From NCBI GenBank assembly GCA_026914245.1, contig CP110440.1:4340001-4404000 (forward strand): a stretch of 64,000 bases of DNA, in the 5' to 3' direction. Position numbers and translations under genes: made by a program. Origin of the DNA: Puccinia triticina. Lineage: Eukaryota. The stretch's first letter is position 1; each line of letters starts with the position of its first letter. Below are positions 1 to 12,874 of the stretch, piece after piece. Under the pieces are notes generated by a model. That model searched no databases. It was given only the letters and a program-made list of their open reading frames with translations, and was not told where the DNA came from.

Positions 1-29
1 ATTGCAAAGACTAGGAGCAAGACAACGAA

Positions 30-3000
30 ATGGCCGATTCAGATGGTGACTCGAGCGACAGCACAAGCGGCAAGCCTATGATGAAGGTTCCCAAGTTCCC
101 AGGCAAGAACTTTGAGATTTGGGAAAAGAAAATTTGCATGGTGCTATCTGAATACAATCTGGTGAACTACATCGACAACCCACCTCTACCCAACATGAAT
201 CGGAAAGCCAAGACTAAAGCGCAAAAGGCGGCGAATTTACTATGCGCGAATCTGACCGACGGCGTATTCAACACCGTCGTTAAAAAGGACAACTCAAGCA
301 ATCCGTACGAGCTCTGGCAGATGTTCAAGTCAGTCTATGCGTCAGATTCAATATTGGCGAGCTATGAGGTCTGGGCGAAGTGGGAGGACACCCAGTTTAA
401 CGATGACATGGCGGCTTACATAGTCGGTATCGAGGAGTGTCTTTCCAAGTTTGATTCGCTAGGGATGGTGGTTCCAGACTTTGTGATCTGCTGTAGTATC
501 ATAAGTTGTATTACAAAAAAGAGACCTTTCTTAATGCAAAGTCTTTTCGGAGATCTCGATTCTCTCGGTAAACGAAAGTTCGTGATCAATCGCTTGAGGG
601 AAGTAGGACGATTCGAACGTGCCAACAAACGGAAGGCTCCAGATACTAGTTCATCACACACCTCATCCACTGCGTTGGTAGCCGATGTCGCAAACAAGAA
701 GAAGCGGACGTATGCGCCGATAACGTGTCCGGGCAAGAAGCACAATCCTGAGGCAAGCCACACGGAAGATGAGTGTTGGACTCTTCATCCAAATCTTTTC
801 AAAGACCATCTCAAAAAGAAGAAAGCCGCAGCCGCAAAGAAAGCAAAGGAGAAGAGCTCCTCCTATCATGCCGAGGCCGATTTGTCGAGTGCTCAATTGG
901 ACAGTAACAACATTCGGCCGTCGTTCACCTTCCTGTCAAATTCGGGCTTATTGAAGTCGCAAACGACAATCCTTGACTCGGGGGCCAGCAATCACATGCT
1001 GACTTCAATGGGATACTTCAAAACTACTAGTCCCGTATGCATCGATATCGCGACGGGGAGTGGACCTGGGCAACTAGTGGCAACTGCCAGAGGTGACGCG
1101 TTGCTACCGCTAGCAAATGGAGGGACTCTCACGCTCAAAGACGCGCTTTTTGTTCCAAACCTCACCAGGAACTTGGTTAGCATGCTCATTTTGATGAAAG
1201 CACGTTTCCCGAATGTGGCGCACTCAGGAGGGGCTACAAGTTGACAACTTATCCAATGGGGATCGGCTACCGCTGTTCAACTCGGAGGCTGAGCTGCCTT
1301 TTGAAGATTTGGAGGAAGAGGCGGAGTCAACCTTGGAAGAGCGTGATGATGATGGCGAGGCGGAGAGATCGGACATTGAGGACATACTAGCGAAGCTAAA
1401 ACGGGCCATTCCAGCGGAAGAACCTGTCGAAGGGTCCGAGGACTGGGAGGAGGACGAAAGTCAGCTTCCGGGCAAGGAAATCATCGGCAACATCGATAGA
1501 CGAAACATTGTAGACAGGAAGAGAGAACGGAAGCAGGCGTACATCGTGACTGTCTTGATAGAGCCCAAGAATCACAAGCAGGCCATGGCGTGTGCGGAAA
1601 GTCAAAGCTGGGTGGAAGCGGAAAAGAAAGAGGTCGAGAACATGCACAAGCATAACGTCTGGATTGTTCGTGTTTGAGTCAAATCTGACAACCCGATCCC
1701 GGCGACATGGGCCTACAGAAAAAAGCTAGGCTCAAGCAACGAAGTGGTCGAATTCAAGGCCCGGATATGTGCGCAGGGGTTTCGGCAGGTCCACGGCTTG
1801 AATTTTGAGGCCAAGTATGCGCCGACTGGTAAACCAGCTTCCCTCAGGTTTCTTCTTTCCTTTGCGGTAAAGCATGGGTTGCAAATCCATCAGCTAGACG
1901 TAAGGAGCGCTTTCCTTACCTGTCCACTTGAAGACAAGGTGAATCTCCTGCCGCCACCGGGATTGGACTGTCCTGCGAACTCGGTACTTGAACTGAAGAA
2001 AGCAATATACGGCTTGAAGCAGGCCCCACTCGTGTGGTACAAGAGACTCTTGGGTTATCTCTTCTCGCTAGGTTTCAAGGCAGCAATCTCGGATCCCTGC
2101 GTCTTTTGGAGAACGGCGGAAAAAGGAAAACCAGCTACCTGGATTTTTGCGCACGTTCACGATCTAGTAATCATTAGCAACAAGCCAGAAGTCTTTAAAG
2201 CAGAAATGGAAAGAGAATTCGAGATTAAGTATATGGGGCAGGCGGAATTTCTCTTGGGAATGAACATTGATAGGTTCAACGGCAGCATTCAAATCAATCA
2301 GACTCAATACATTGACAGAAAGTTGGAAGAATTTGGTCTTGAGAATCTTCATCCGGCAACGTGTCCGTTGAATCCAAGAGAATATTTGAAGAAAGCGACT
2401 GCAGAAGAAGTGAAGGCATTTGAAAACCTGGGAGTCAGCTACAGAGGGCTGGTTGGATTGTTAAACTATCTTAGCATCCTGACAAGACCGGACATCTTGT
2501 ATGCGGTTAGCACTCTTTCACAATATCTTGAAAGACCGGGTATCAAACACTATCAAGCGGCGATTCAAGTGTTCAGGTATCTCAAAGGCACGCGCTCAAT
2601 TGGGCTCACATATGCGAAGCAGGCTGAAAATATACTGAAGGCATTCGTTGATGCCGACTGGGGAAATTGCCCAGACACCAGAAGATCTACCACGGGCTAT
2701 GTAGTTCTAGGTGGCGGGCACTTGATCAACTGGAAGTCAACAAAACAAAGCACGGTCTCATTGTCAACGACGGAAGCGGAATACAAGGCCCTGTCCGACC
2801 TTGGACGTGATCTCGCGTGGGTGGTAAATCTCGCAGATGAAACGCTATTTCTGCCAAATCACAACAACATCACGGTGAACATTGACAATTGGGGAGCCAT
2901 CAATCTTGCAAAAAGCAAAACTTCGCAAAACAGTTTTCGGACTAAGCATATGTCGATCCGGCTGCATTTTGTGCGAGAACTCATAGCGGTCGGACTCATG

Positions 3001-3183
3001 AAACTCGCCTACATCAAGACTCATCTCAACTCTGCCGACTTACTAACAAAGCTGGTTGGCAGATCAGTCATCAGAAAGGCGCTTCAAAACCTGTCAATCA
3101 TTCCAATCTCTGAATCTGCTTCGAATCTTGTGACTCAAAGCATGGATGGCTGTGAGATTACATGCCAAGGCAAACAGCATTGA
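30..3183 (+). pseudogene. copia gag-pol, disrupted
   Basis: ORFs 30-1244, 1213-1677, 1744-3183; in-frame TGA at 1675; protease end (NLVSM) joins directly to the post-integrase motif HFDESTFP in another frame. Confidence 0.88.
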
Positions 3184-3988
3184 CCTCATAAATTGAGGAA
3201 GATGCTGGGAGCTCAAACAGCTGCGGAGAAAGGTGAGCAAAGCGAACCATTTCCCCGCAGTCAAAGCCACGCAGCGGGAGAAGTGCAGATACTGATGACA
3301 GCTCAATGCTGATTACAGTTTTGGCATCCGCAAGCAGCAAGAACCAACACGTGGAACCACGCTGCCAAACGCCGTTAGAAAAAAGAATCACAGCAAAAAC
3401 CAAAGGTAAGTAGCGTAATTCAGAACTAACAATCAAAGGAGAAAGAACTAAAGAGCTATCTCCGAATCTGTTAGACATCGTTGAACCGGATGAAAAACAG
3501 ACCGATAAAGCCGCAGTAGCTACTCAAAGAGAAGATACTAAAAGCGGTGAGTGATTGTGTCCAAAGCTTAGAAAAGAGAATACGGAAACTGAAGTTGATC
3601 ATTGACGTTCTCTGAAACAGACAACGTCAAGAGACTTTTGTGCCAATTCTCCAAAGCAAAGAAAACTGGACAATACGAGCCAAAGGCCCTCGTTCAGTAA
3701 GAAACAAATGTTTCTCTCAGCAGTTCTGCGAAAGCCTAAACTGACTAATAACTCGTCAACAGCTGCAGTGAACTGGAGGAATAATTCTCAACTTAAACTC
3801 AAAGCACACTTGGTAGAGCAACCGAGCTCCTCGTCTTAAAAGATAGAGCGGCTAGTTGCTTGCTCTTAGGTACTATACCAGCTTCTCTATTTTTAATCTA
3901 TGAATTGTATATAGATTATAAATAGAGTCTAACTAAGAAATAAACTCTTAGCTCTTTGAAATCTTTCACTTCTCAGTCCATGCCAACA
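3151..3988 (+). repeat. probable 3' LTR of the copia element
   Basis: Starts TGTGAGA after a degenerate PPT (AGCATGGATGGC), ends GCCAACA, AT-rich TATA-like tract near 3905-3925; hAT reading frame resumes exactly at 3989. No second LTR in the window to confirm. Confidence 0.6.
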
Positions 3989-6035
3989 ATAAAAGCCAAA
4001 GGATCTCTCCAAAAGATTATGCTCAAGTGTTGACAGTCAAATTTTGACTCTAATCTTATCGACTGGATCATCAAAGACCAGCTACCTTACGCCAAAGTCA
4101 AATGTCCTGAATTCATCAAGATGATCCATGGACTTGACCCGGGGATTAGAATACTTGGCAAACATATGGTCTCTTGTAGAATCAAGGGGCTTTACGCAGA
4201 TAGCAAGCCAGTAGTATTTAGCTTTTTGAGAAATGAATCCAAGCGCTTCTCTTTCACGACCGATATCTGGTCCTCGGCTAGCAGAACACCTTATATATCC
4301 CTTACGTGTCATTTCATCTCAAAAGATTGGAGGGCTGATTCAGCAACGATTGGCTTCAAACCCTTCCGAGAAAAGCACACTGGCGCCAACATCCATGACA
4401 AAATACTCCAGATCCTCAAAGAATTCTTTTGCGATCAGGAACTTGACGACTTGAATTCAAAAAAAAGGAAATTAATTGAACTTGATGAGACGTCTGAAAA
4501 AAAAGCTACCTCATCCAAATCCAATACTTATGACCATGAAACACAATCTAGTGACGAGAATGAAGCTGTATCAACTGTTGAAGCAGATCTCTCTGATCTC
4601 GCAAAGCAAATTGTCTTGATCACGTTGGACAATGCTTCAAACAACAACAAATTCATCCAGACCGCCCTCAAATCCAAACTCCTGATGTCTCCTGAAGATC
4701 ACATTAAATGCTTTGCACATATTCTAAACCTAGCAGCAAACAAAGTTCTCCAAGTTGTTGAGAAATCATTATCAAAACTTCGGGCAGTTTTACATATCCA
4801 ACAGTCCAATCAAGTGTATAGCACATTCCAGGGTCTCTGCAAGGATAACAATGTTAAAGCTTGAAAGCCACTCATCAACAACGCCACCCGCTGGAATTCA
4901 ACCTTCAACATGCTTGATTTAGCCCTTGTTCAAAGACCTGCAATCGACGACCTCATTTCCTCATACCAGAAAACTAACCAAGCTAATCAGAAGGCAAAAA
5001 AATCAAAATCTAAATCAAAGAAGAAGGCAAAATCCAGCGCTGGAAAATCCCAAATTATCAATGCGGTGCGTGCGGTTAATGATAAGAAAACTTGTGAGAT
5101 TGTCAGTATTCCTTTTGGACTTCATGTTAATTGTGTATTCTTTGGGTCGGATGCTAATATAAGATGTCTCCAATGTAACAGGAAGTGCTCAAAGACGATG
5201 ATTGGAACCTTTATGAGTGGATTCATGCCTTCTTGGAGAAGTTCCAGCAGGCATCTCTTGACACCCAAGGCAAATTCTATGCAACACCAACAATTGTCAT
5301 ACCGTGGTACAAGGGGCTGATGGACCACTGCAACGAAAACATGCAGAATTTCTCCAAATCCTGCTGCCAATTGAGATCGGTCATGATCAAAGCAGCTCAA
5401 GCTGCTATTGACAAACTTGAAGGCTAATACATAGTCTACTCCCAACACTCAATACTTGTGGTTGTTTTGGATCCGCGTTTCAAGCTTGCTCTCTTCAAAC
5501 ACCCAACCTCTGCAGCCAAAACAACAATGATGATACAAATGGCGAGACTCAGATCCAGTTCAAAGATGATGCGATGAGGTTTTTACAAGCAGCTTTTGAA
5601 AATTACTGGGCAAAAGTTTTGGTCAAGCATAAATCACAAACAGATGCAACTGCTTCCAAATTGGTTTCCAAGAAGGCAAAGGACAAACTCCAATTCCACC
5701 CATTATAGAAATACAAGAAGCCATCAAAGGCATCAAACAACAAAATTTCAACCTACCTGCAGATGTCTGATCCACCACTTGAGAAAGACATCCTCAACTG
5801 GTGGAAGGAAAATCAATATGTACTTCCAACACTCTCGATGATTGCAAAGGACTACCTTGCAATGCCAGCCAGTTCAGCAGCGAGTGAACGTGTTTTCTCT
5901 CAATCAGGTAATCTTGTTAGTCTAAAAAGAATTTGTCCCTCAGGTGACTCATTTGAGTCTAATATGTGTATGAGACCTTGGCTCCAAGGCAATCTAGTTG
6001 ATAAGGCATATAGTGCCATTAAAATTGACAAGTAG
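3989..6035 (+). pseudogene. hAT-superfamily transposase, disrupted and 5'-interrupted by copia
   Basis: FTTDIWSS, YISLTCHFI..DW, ITLDNASNN, CFAHILNL, TRWNST (after in-frame stop 4862-4864), and C-terminal dimerisation domain ILNWWK..LPTLSMIAKDYLAMPASSAASERVFS; stops and frameshifts; element may end near 6321 (CAGTTCTA after GAATAT repeats). Confidence 0.9.
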
Positions 6036-6868
6036 TTTCCTTTTTTTTATGTTTTTTTCACCTTTTTCTCTCAGAAGATTACATAGAACACACACAATAC
6101 ATAGTATACACGCTAAATTGAAATAAAATAGGCTTAAAATGACTGTCTGAAGTGAAAATAATAATCATTGATCTACAGAAACAAACCAAAACACCTCAAA
6201 TGTCTTTTTTGATGTTTTTGGTGATTTTTGGAAGTTTTCTTTTGAATATCTCCGAATATTTGAATATTTGACAAATCAGTATTCCAGTGTCTCAAAAAAC
6301 ACATCAAATACCACAGTTCTATGCACTGGGACTTCCCTCTTTACCCTTGAGCTGACCTGTAATCACTTGGACGAGTGTGTACAGGCCAGCATTGTTTCTG
6401 CCCAGGCGCAGGGCCCTGGCAACCAAAGTTGAGGTTTTCAGGGTGTAAAGCATGAGGACCCAGGTCTTGTGCAGCTGGGTTGGATACTTAAAGGTTGTGA
6501 GGGAAGCTGTTTGTCCCCCCAGGGGATCTGGTTTAGTCCCACCCCCTCCCTGGAGCCCACTAATCACTTGATTAGGGTCTCCTTGATTACATTTTTGACC
6601 AACCTTTTTTTGCCTGTTGCTCTGGCACAGGCTGGAGGGTCAATCCGAGGTGCCCTCCAGGGTGTTTGGGGATTAATTTAAACTTTTATGGGATTTTTGC
6701 TAATGAGCAGAGGCAAAAACTTTGATCTTGCCTTCTGTGTTTCTGTGATTTTAATAAACTTGGATTATCTTTCATTTCTCACCCCACTTTTTACCTGTAT
6801 TTAGTATCTTCTGACACCAAGGGTGGGCCGTTACGTAAAGAAAGAATGACACACACTTCAGATCAATG

Positions 6869-7012
6869 AAACTGGAGGACTTCCCATGAATCTGGGATTC
6901 CAGATTTTTCACATTTTACAGGGAAATCTAGGACCTAGAGTCCTAATGCCCAGATTTTTATGCAAAATCTGAAAAAATATGAGTTTCCAGATCAAAAGGA
7001 AGTCCTCCACTG
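6869..7012. mobile_element. small MITE-like inverted repeat
   Basis: TGGAGGACTTCC ... GGAAGTCCTCCA inverted termini with internal inverted ATCTG/CAGAT motifs; TSD unclear. Confidence 0.5.
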
Positions 7013-7696
7013 ACTTGGCATCAGCTCCATCCCTCAAGTTTTGCACAGTGTGACATCAATTGTTTCTAGTTGTAGTGCTTGGCAACCTGAGATAGTTATT
7101 CATTTTTGTGGGCAATGAATAATTACATATGTGGAACAGTATTTCTTATGGGGCTGTTGATTTTTACAATTTCTCTTTTACCATGTGGGTACATTGTAAA
7201 ACCATGAAATTGTAAATTTGCATACCAGCCAAAATAAATTAAATTTGCAATTTAACCCTGGAAATCAGGGGCCTCAAAAGAAGCCCTTGCAAAAATTAAA
7301 TTGCAAAATAGGCCACAGAGGTCTTTACTGTAAGCAATTCCAAACTAATTTCTACCACCACTGGCCATTTTAAAAATGGCCATGGTCAAAGTACATATCC
7401 AAGCCCCAAAAAATAAAATTGCAGCTTCTTTTTTGAAATTTGAATAAAATTGCAAAAAAGGTATTGTAAAAGTACACATTCCGCCTATTATATGTAAAAT
7501 TGCAATGCCTTGAAAAAAAGGCCCCAAAGGCCTGAAAAAAAACAAGGCAACACATGATACATTAAGAGGTCGAAAACAGGGAAGGAGAGAGGAGAGAAAA
7601 TAAGCCAAGAGGGAGGGGAATGGGGAACCACAAGCAGATAAGATCAAGGACAGGGGAAGAGATCAAGGAAAGGGGAAGGGGGAAACAGCAAAGAGA

Positions 7697-8161
7697 TCAT
7701 GAAACTCGACGTGAAGATCTGCGCATCGGTACCTTTGACTTGACAGCGCTGATTTTTTCCCTGGCGGCAGCTGCCCTCCAAGCAGCCATGGCCTTCTGAG
7801 TGCCCGCGGCCTTCTGAGCAGCAACCACTTCGTCCGAGGGAGCGGAGTTCTGGCTTGGGGTGTCTTTGTGAGATGTGGGCGCAGGTCGATCACTCAAACT
7901 CGAGGCCAGGTTTCCGAGGTCAATGAGGAGGGACTTCCTTGGATTTCCTGGGTTCTGGGCTTGAAACTTCACATTCTCGGCGGTGAAGTGAGCTTTCCAG
8001 TTGGCTGCCGAGCAGGCCGCGATGCGCTCCCAGTCCGCACCGCTCAACAGGGCCGGCTGAAATTTGCTGTCGGATATGATTGGCTTCCAAGGGCGACCAC
8101 GTTTTCTGGCAGGCTTCTTGGGGGCTGACTCTGAAAAGGGGACATTGGGACCCAAGGCCAA
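7697..8161 (-). CDS. hypothetical basic protein with AT-hook-like motif, inside a transposon
   Basis: 154-aa ORF, GC-rich coding-like composition, KKPARKRGRPWK; true start uncertain. Confidence 0.35.
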   Translation of the reverse strand: MALGPNVPFSESAPKKPARKRGRPWKPIISDSKFQPALLSGADWERIAACSAANWKAHFTAENVKFQAQNPGNPRKSLLIDLGNLASSLSDRPAPTSHKDTPSQNSAPSDEVVAAQKAAGTQKAMAAWRAAAAREKISAVKSKVPMRRSSRRVS

Positions 8162-8199
8162 TGGAGCAGATGCTGCGGCAGGGTCCGGTAGCGAGTCTT

Positions 8200-8640
8200 G
8201 CGGAAGCAGACCATCAAGAGTGTATTATGTTCCTCTCATTGACCGGTACTGATGGGCCATCAAGGTTGATGTGTATACACATCAGCAAAAGAGCTTTTCT
8301 CTCAATGGCCGGCCAGTATGGGCCATCAAGGGTGATGTGTATACACATCAACAAAAGAGCTTTTCTCTCAATGGCCGGCCAGTATGGGCCATCAAGAGTT
8401 TGATATTTTTGTCTTGATGGCCGGTGTACTGACAGGACACCAAGGGGTATCTGTATCACATTTTGATGGCCAGTCAGTAGCGGCCATCAAGAGTGCAAAT
8501 AGTACTTTACTCTTGCTGGCCGGTACTGACCGGCCAACAAGAGAGTGTAGGGGGTTCCTCTTGATGGCCGGTACAGACGGGCCATCAAGGCAGGTGTGTA
8601 TTTCCCCTTGATGACCAGTTAGCACCGGCCATTGAGGGGG
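8200..8640. repeat. tandem and inverted GGCCATCAAG / CTTGATGGCC motifs including ~66-bp tandem units
   Basis: ~66-bp unit repeated about 2.3 times at 8254-8398; same core motif recurs in both orientations. Confidence 0.75.
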
Positions 8641-11600
8641 TCGTGCATTCCTCTTGCACCTGCCACTGAGAATGACAGGTGACGACACACCTGGGGTGCA
8701 AGTTTGAATTGGAATCTGGATTATGTCATCCCGACGAAATCCAGATTACATCACCTGCTTGCTGGCAGTGCCATTATGCTAAACTCAATATTCAAATAGG
8801 GAATTTTTTGAAAAATATTGAACAAAGATTTTCACCCCAAAAAAGTTATGTTATCCAAAACCTCCCAAACTCAAAAATAAAAAAGTTACTTTATGTTATG
8901 TTACTCAAAGAAAATGTTACATTATGCAAATGGCTAATTTGGATAACTAAAAAAAGTTAGGGTATCCAATTAGCCCTCCGTAACGTACCGTAACGTAACC
9001 AACGCTGAAACCATTACGCCACATGTAATGTAAAGCTGTTACATTAATGTAGTGTAATTGCACACCAATACAAAAAATGCCAGAATGTGCGTACGTCAAT
9101 TCTGGGCCAAGGTGTACCAATGCAGATCATCAGCAAACAAATTGGCGTTGCCAATACAATTGCTGTAGCGCATCAAGAAATCAATGCGCTCCGCTACAGT
9201 TTTTTTGTTTTTTTGTTTTTTATCAGCTCATTGTACAGTATTCACTTCATACTTCATTTCACACCAATACATAAAAATGTAACGGCAATACAGAAAAATA
9301 TGTTACAGCCATTACACAATACATGGAGCGTAACAGTTTCACCATTGACGTAACTGCCCACCCTTGCTGACACCACTTGTACGCAGCTCACCAGCTAAAA
9401 TCCAGGGTCCCCCTTGTAGCTAAAATCCCTCACATTTGTCTATATATAGAGCTCTCTCCCCAAGTTTTTTTTCCCTCAGTTCAGTATTCACCAGTCATTC
9501 AGATACCACCCATTAGTCATTCTCATGATCCTTACACTTCATAACATACCATATCATCCCTCATATCTGCAATGACCACTGAGCTCACTCTCATATTCTC
9601 ATCCTCTCATATCACATGCCTGTTGTGAGTTACCCCGTGCTTGGTTCAACTCTCAACTGAGACATATACCCTTCTCAGCCTAGGCACTCTTCTCAACTTT
9701 TTATATCACCCTCTCTAGGACCTTTGTTCAACCCCCACCGGAATCATCAAGTCAACTTCCACCCTTTTCCATCATCATTGCCGGGGAGCAAGCAGGGCAC
9801 CGTGATTTCCCCTCTGTCCATGGAGGCGGCTAAGTGGGAAGCCCTGATGTATCAGAGCTGTGGCCAGGCTGCTTCAGTCATGAAGCACAGTGTCATGCAA
9901 AGACACACGCGCAAATGCACTTGGGAGATTCATATATCAATCCCCCAGCAATAGAAGCTCCCAAGCTCATTGCTCCAAACTTCCCCTCTCCGCGCCCATC
10001 AGAGACTTTCCCACTTCAGAGTTGTCTCATTTTTTAGACACCTCCAACCCACCCTTCTTTTTGAAGGCGCAGGGGTTTGCGCCTGAACCCCTACACCCTC
10101 CTGGTAGCTGTACGCGAAATGAAACTAGCTCATTTCTCTTCCCTAGTCAAGGCAAGGAAGGGGACCCCCCTTCTTGACCTCTCCACCCTGTACTTGCCAC
10201 GGGGCGCTGCGCCACAGTACTCCGGGGCAAGTACTAGGTGAGAGAACAACAGCCAAATGGATAAAACCTCAAATCTTTCATGTACCTGTCATCAAACCAC
10301 TTCATCTGGAACCAGACCAGACCTATCACTTGATTAAAACTTGCCAAGCTTAGATTGGTGGGTCTTGTTATCTGATAGTATAGAAGGGCAGAGTTTACAC
10401 CTCCATCATCCCCTTCGCCATTCAGCAAAAGGGTTTCACAGCCACTTTTGATTCTTACAACAACCATTTTGAGGGGCGGGTATCTGCTGATACCTGCCCA
10501 TATCATTGGGTACCCGCCATTGGATTTGGATGTCCGGAAATGGCAAAAGAAATGCTGCGGGTACCCAGATTTGAAGTGACCATCTCTAGGCAGAGGGGAT
10601 TTTTCTTGCCCCCCCTCCAATTTCTTGGAAGATTTGGATTCCTCAGCTTGACACAAAGAAAGAATGAAAAATAAATACAAAAAATAACCTGAGTGCAGGC
10701 TCCCACTTTCCAAGGATTTTCAACCTGCCAAAAGCTGATAGATTGGGTACACTACTACACAGCCCCTCAAAAACAGAGTTCCAGGAGCAGAGGTACATAC
10801 ACCTCCATGAAAATTTGCTGTGCCAATTTGTCCTGGAGCAGAGTATACATACTCCCCTGATGACTGGCCAGTACGCATGTGGAGTGCAAATCACCATTCA
10901 TCCAGGGGATTAAGTATTCCTCTTGAGCACTAGAATGGTCCCGGTCATTGAGAGGAGTAAACAGACCTCTTGATGACTGGAAAATTTGTCAGTACCAGAT
11001 TGGGTTTTAGATTGGTTTGGGCTCCAATACATTGCATCAGTATTGGATTGGGTCACCAATACAATGCAATACATGTGGATCAGGTTGCAAAGATGTTCTG
11101 ATCCAATCCAATAATTGGGGGATCACTGGAATGGGGTGTTTAATTGAGCCCCAATTGCCCTGAAGCATGTGGTTTGTTAAAAATACAATACCAACCATAT
11201 CATTTTTTCTGATACAATACATTGTATCATTTTTTTTATCAAATAAATACAGTACACATTATTTCATTGCATAATTGGTTTTACTATTGCTACAGCTGAT
11301 AATTCCTGAGGCACTTTTTTACCATCATCACTTATTGAACTAAATTCCTTATAAGTACCATACAACAAAGTTGGAAAATAGAAGGCCTCATCTGAACCTT
11401 TAGGACCCTGGAACCACAAATTCATTATAAGGGATGGATCTGAAAGTTTCTTACCTGGAGCCACATTTGTCTTTCTACACCAGGAGGGGATGTATTTACA
11501 CCAAGGGGAAAGTTCTGTGCAAACTCTTCCATCCAATTGATGCTTTCACACCAAAACTGTTCAAAAGATGCCCAAAGAGCATCCAATGGATGCTACAGGG

Positions 11601-11925
11601 TGCCAAGTGTAGTAATGGGGTTTATTTAGCTACATAAGTATGCTGGATTGACTGTATTCAAATAAAGCTGTCTACAAAACATGTCTGGAAACAAAATATG
11701 AAAAAAAAAACATTTGGTACATTTGAAATTTTGAATTCGAGAGGGAAAAACTATCAAGTCATTGTTAAGGCAGGTTCTTCCTGATTATGCACAAAATGAA
11801 TTGATTATGGAAGAGTGTCTACATATACTTGAAAATGGGCAGAGAGGATTTTACAGGAGAAATGAAGTATTTCTTGATGCTTTGAATCAGCAAATTGCGG
11901 CATCCAACTTGAACTATCACACTCC

Positions 11926-12874
11926 CTAGGGAGTGATAATTGGTTCAGGAAGGTCTTCATAGGCTTGGAGTGTGCATTCTTGACATGCTGAGAGAATTTG
12001 TGAATAATGAGATGATGTTAGTAAACAGAACTTGGTATTACCCAGAATTCAAATCTTGGACTGACTAGGTCTTTGGTTGTTTGCATCACTAAAATTGACC
12101 CATGAGCATTTGTACGTACGTGTTATTTTATTCAACGGATCATCCCACCCTGTGGCAACTAAAGTCCAAAGGTTTCCAGTTAAGGGACGTAAGCTTCACA
12201 GTCACTCCATACAAATATAGTCAGGAAAAGAGCTAGATTACACACCTAAATATGCTTTAGTATTGTGGGCCCAGATTTGAATTGGAGACATTGACTTTAC
12301 AACTGTTGGTTTCCCTGTCTCTCCTTGATTGGGGTAGCGTGTGCAGTCCTTAAAGCGCCAGTCGCTGACTGATGGGAAGAAAATGAAAATCCGGAGGAGA
12401 AAATGATTGTCAGTCTTGGCTTTACAGTGCCAATAGTTTGACAAAGTGCCTGATAAACAATTGAGACCTACGAGAGTAGCCCGCAGGTGGTATCTTATCT
12501 TTTTTGCTCCCATAATGGCATTTATTCATTGTGCAAAAGTAAGGCAGACCTTTATTTTTCCCATTGTATGATCTACAAGCTGTAGGTTGTAGAGCAGTGA
12601 TTGATGTGGTTTCAATATTTAGAGCTTTAACAACTTCCCATTATGATACAATCACATGATTTGTGAGCTTACAGACTTGGCCAGCTGGTACTGGAACAGA
12701 AGCTGTACCCCAGTTGTCACCGCAGCGAACGTCATTGGCTACGGTACCGATCGCGGCTCTTCGTGAAAGGGTGTGCCGTTCGACTTCGACAAGCTCGATG
12801 GGTAGGCTGACAAGGGAAATCACGGCCAAAACAACGCTTAGTTTCCAGATTGAACTGGGTGACACTGAAAGCAT
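11926..12874 (-). CDS. small secreted cysteine-rich protein, effector candidate (copy A)
   Basis: Five GT-AG exons splice into an open frame; hydrophobic signal peptide (WKLSVVLAVISLVSL), dibasic SRR site, 8 Cys, YFC and YKC motifs; paralogous to 27258-28205. Confidence 0.85.

Larger units (their letters stand above)
1..3988 (+). mobile_element. Ty1/copia LTR retrotransposon, internally deleted (no integrase); 5' LTR lies outside the window
   Basis: Gag, protease (ILDSGASNHM), RT (QLDVRSAFL, LKKAIYGLKQ, HVHDL in place of YVDD) and RNase H (FVDADWG, EAEYKAL) in copia order; TG..CA-bounded LTR-like block 3151-3988. Confidence 0.9.
6818..9366. mobile_element. non-autonomous TIR DNA transposon (hAT-like) with nested cargo
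   Basis: 19-bp TIR CAAGGGTGGG(C/A variant)GTTACGT, 18/19 match; flanking duplication CTGACAC(C); GTAAC/TTACG subterminal repeats at 8980-9360. Confidence 0.8.
6796..9777 (+). mobile_element. probable solo LTR (~426 bp) split by a DNA transposon
   Basis: TGTATTTAG start, TCATCA end, flanks TTACC/TTGCC (5-bp TSD with one mismatch), TATATATAGA box near 9441; contiguous once 6818-9366 is removed. Confidence 0.55.

Noticed and set aside
10400..11300. GGTACCC and CAATAC repeat fields with one hAT-like end at 10588
   Set aside because: Partner terminus not found; too decayed to delimit
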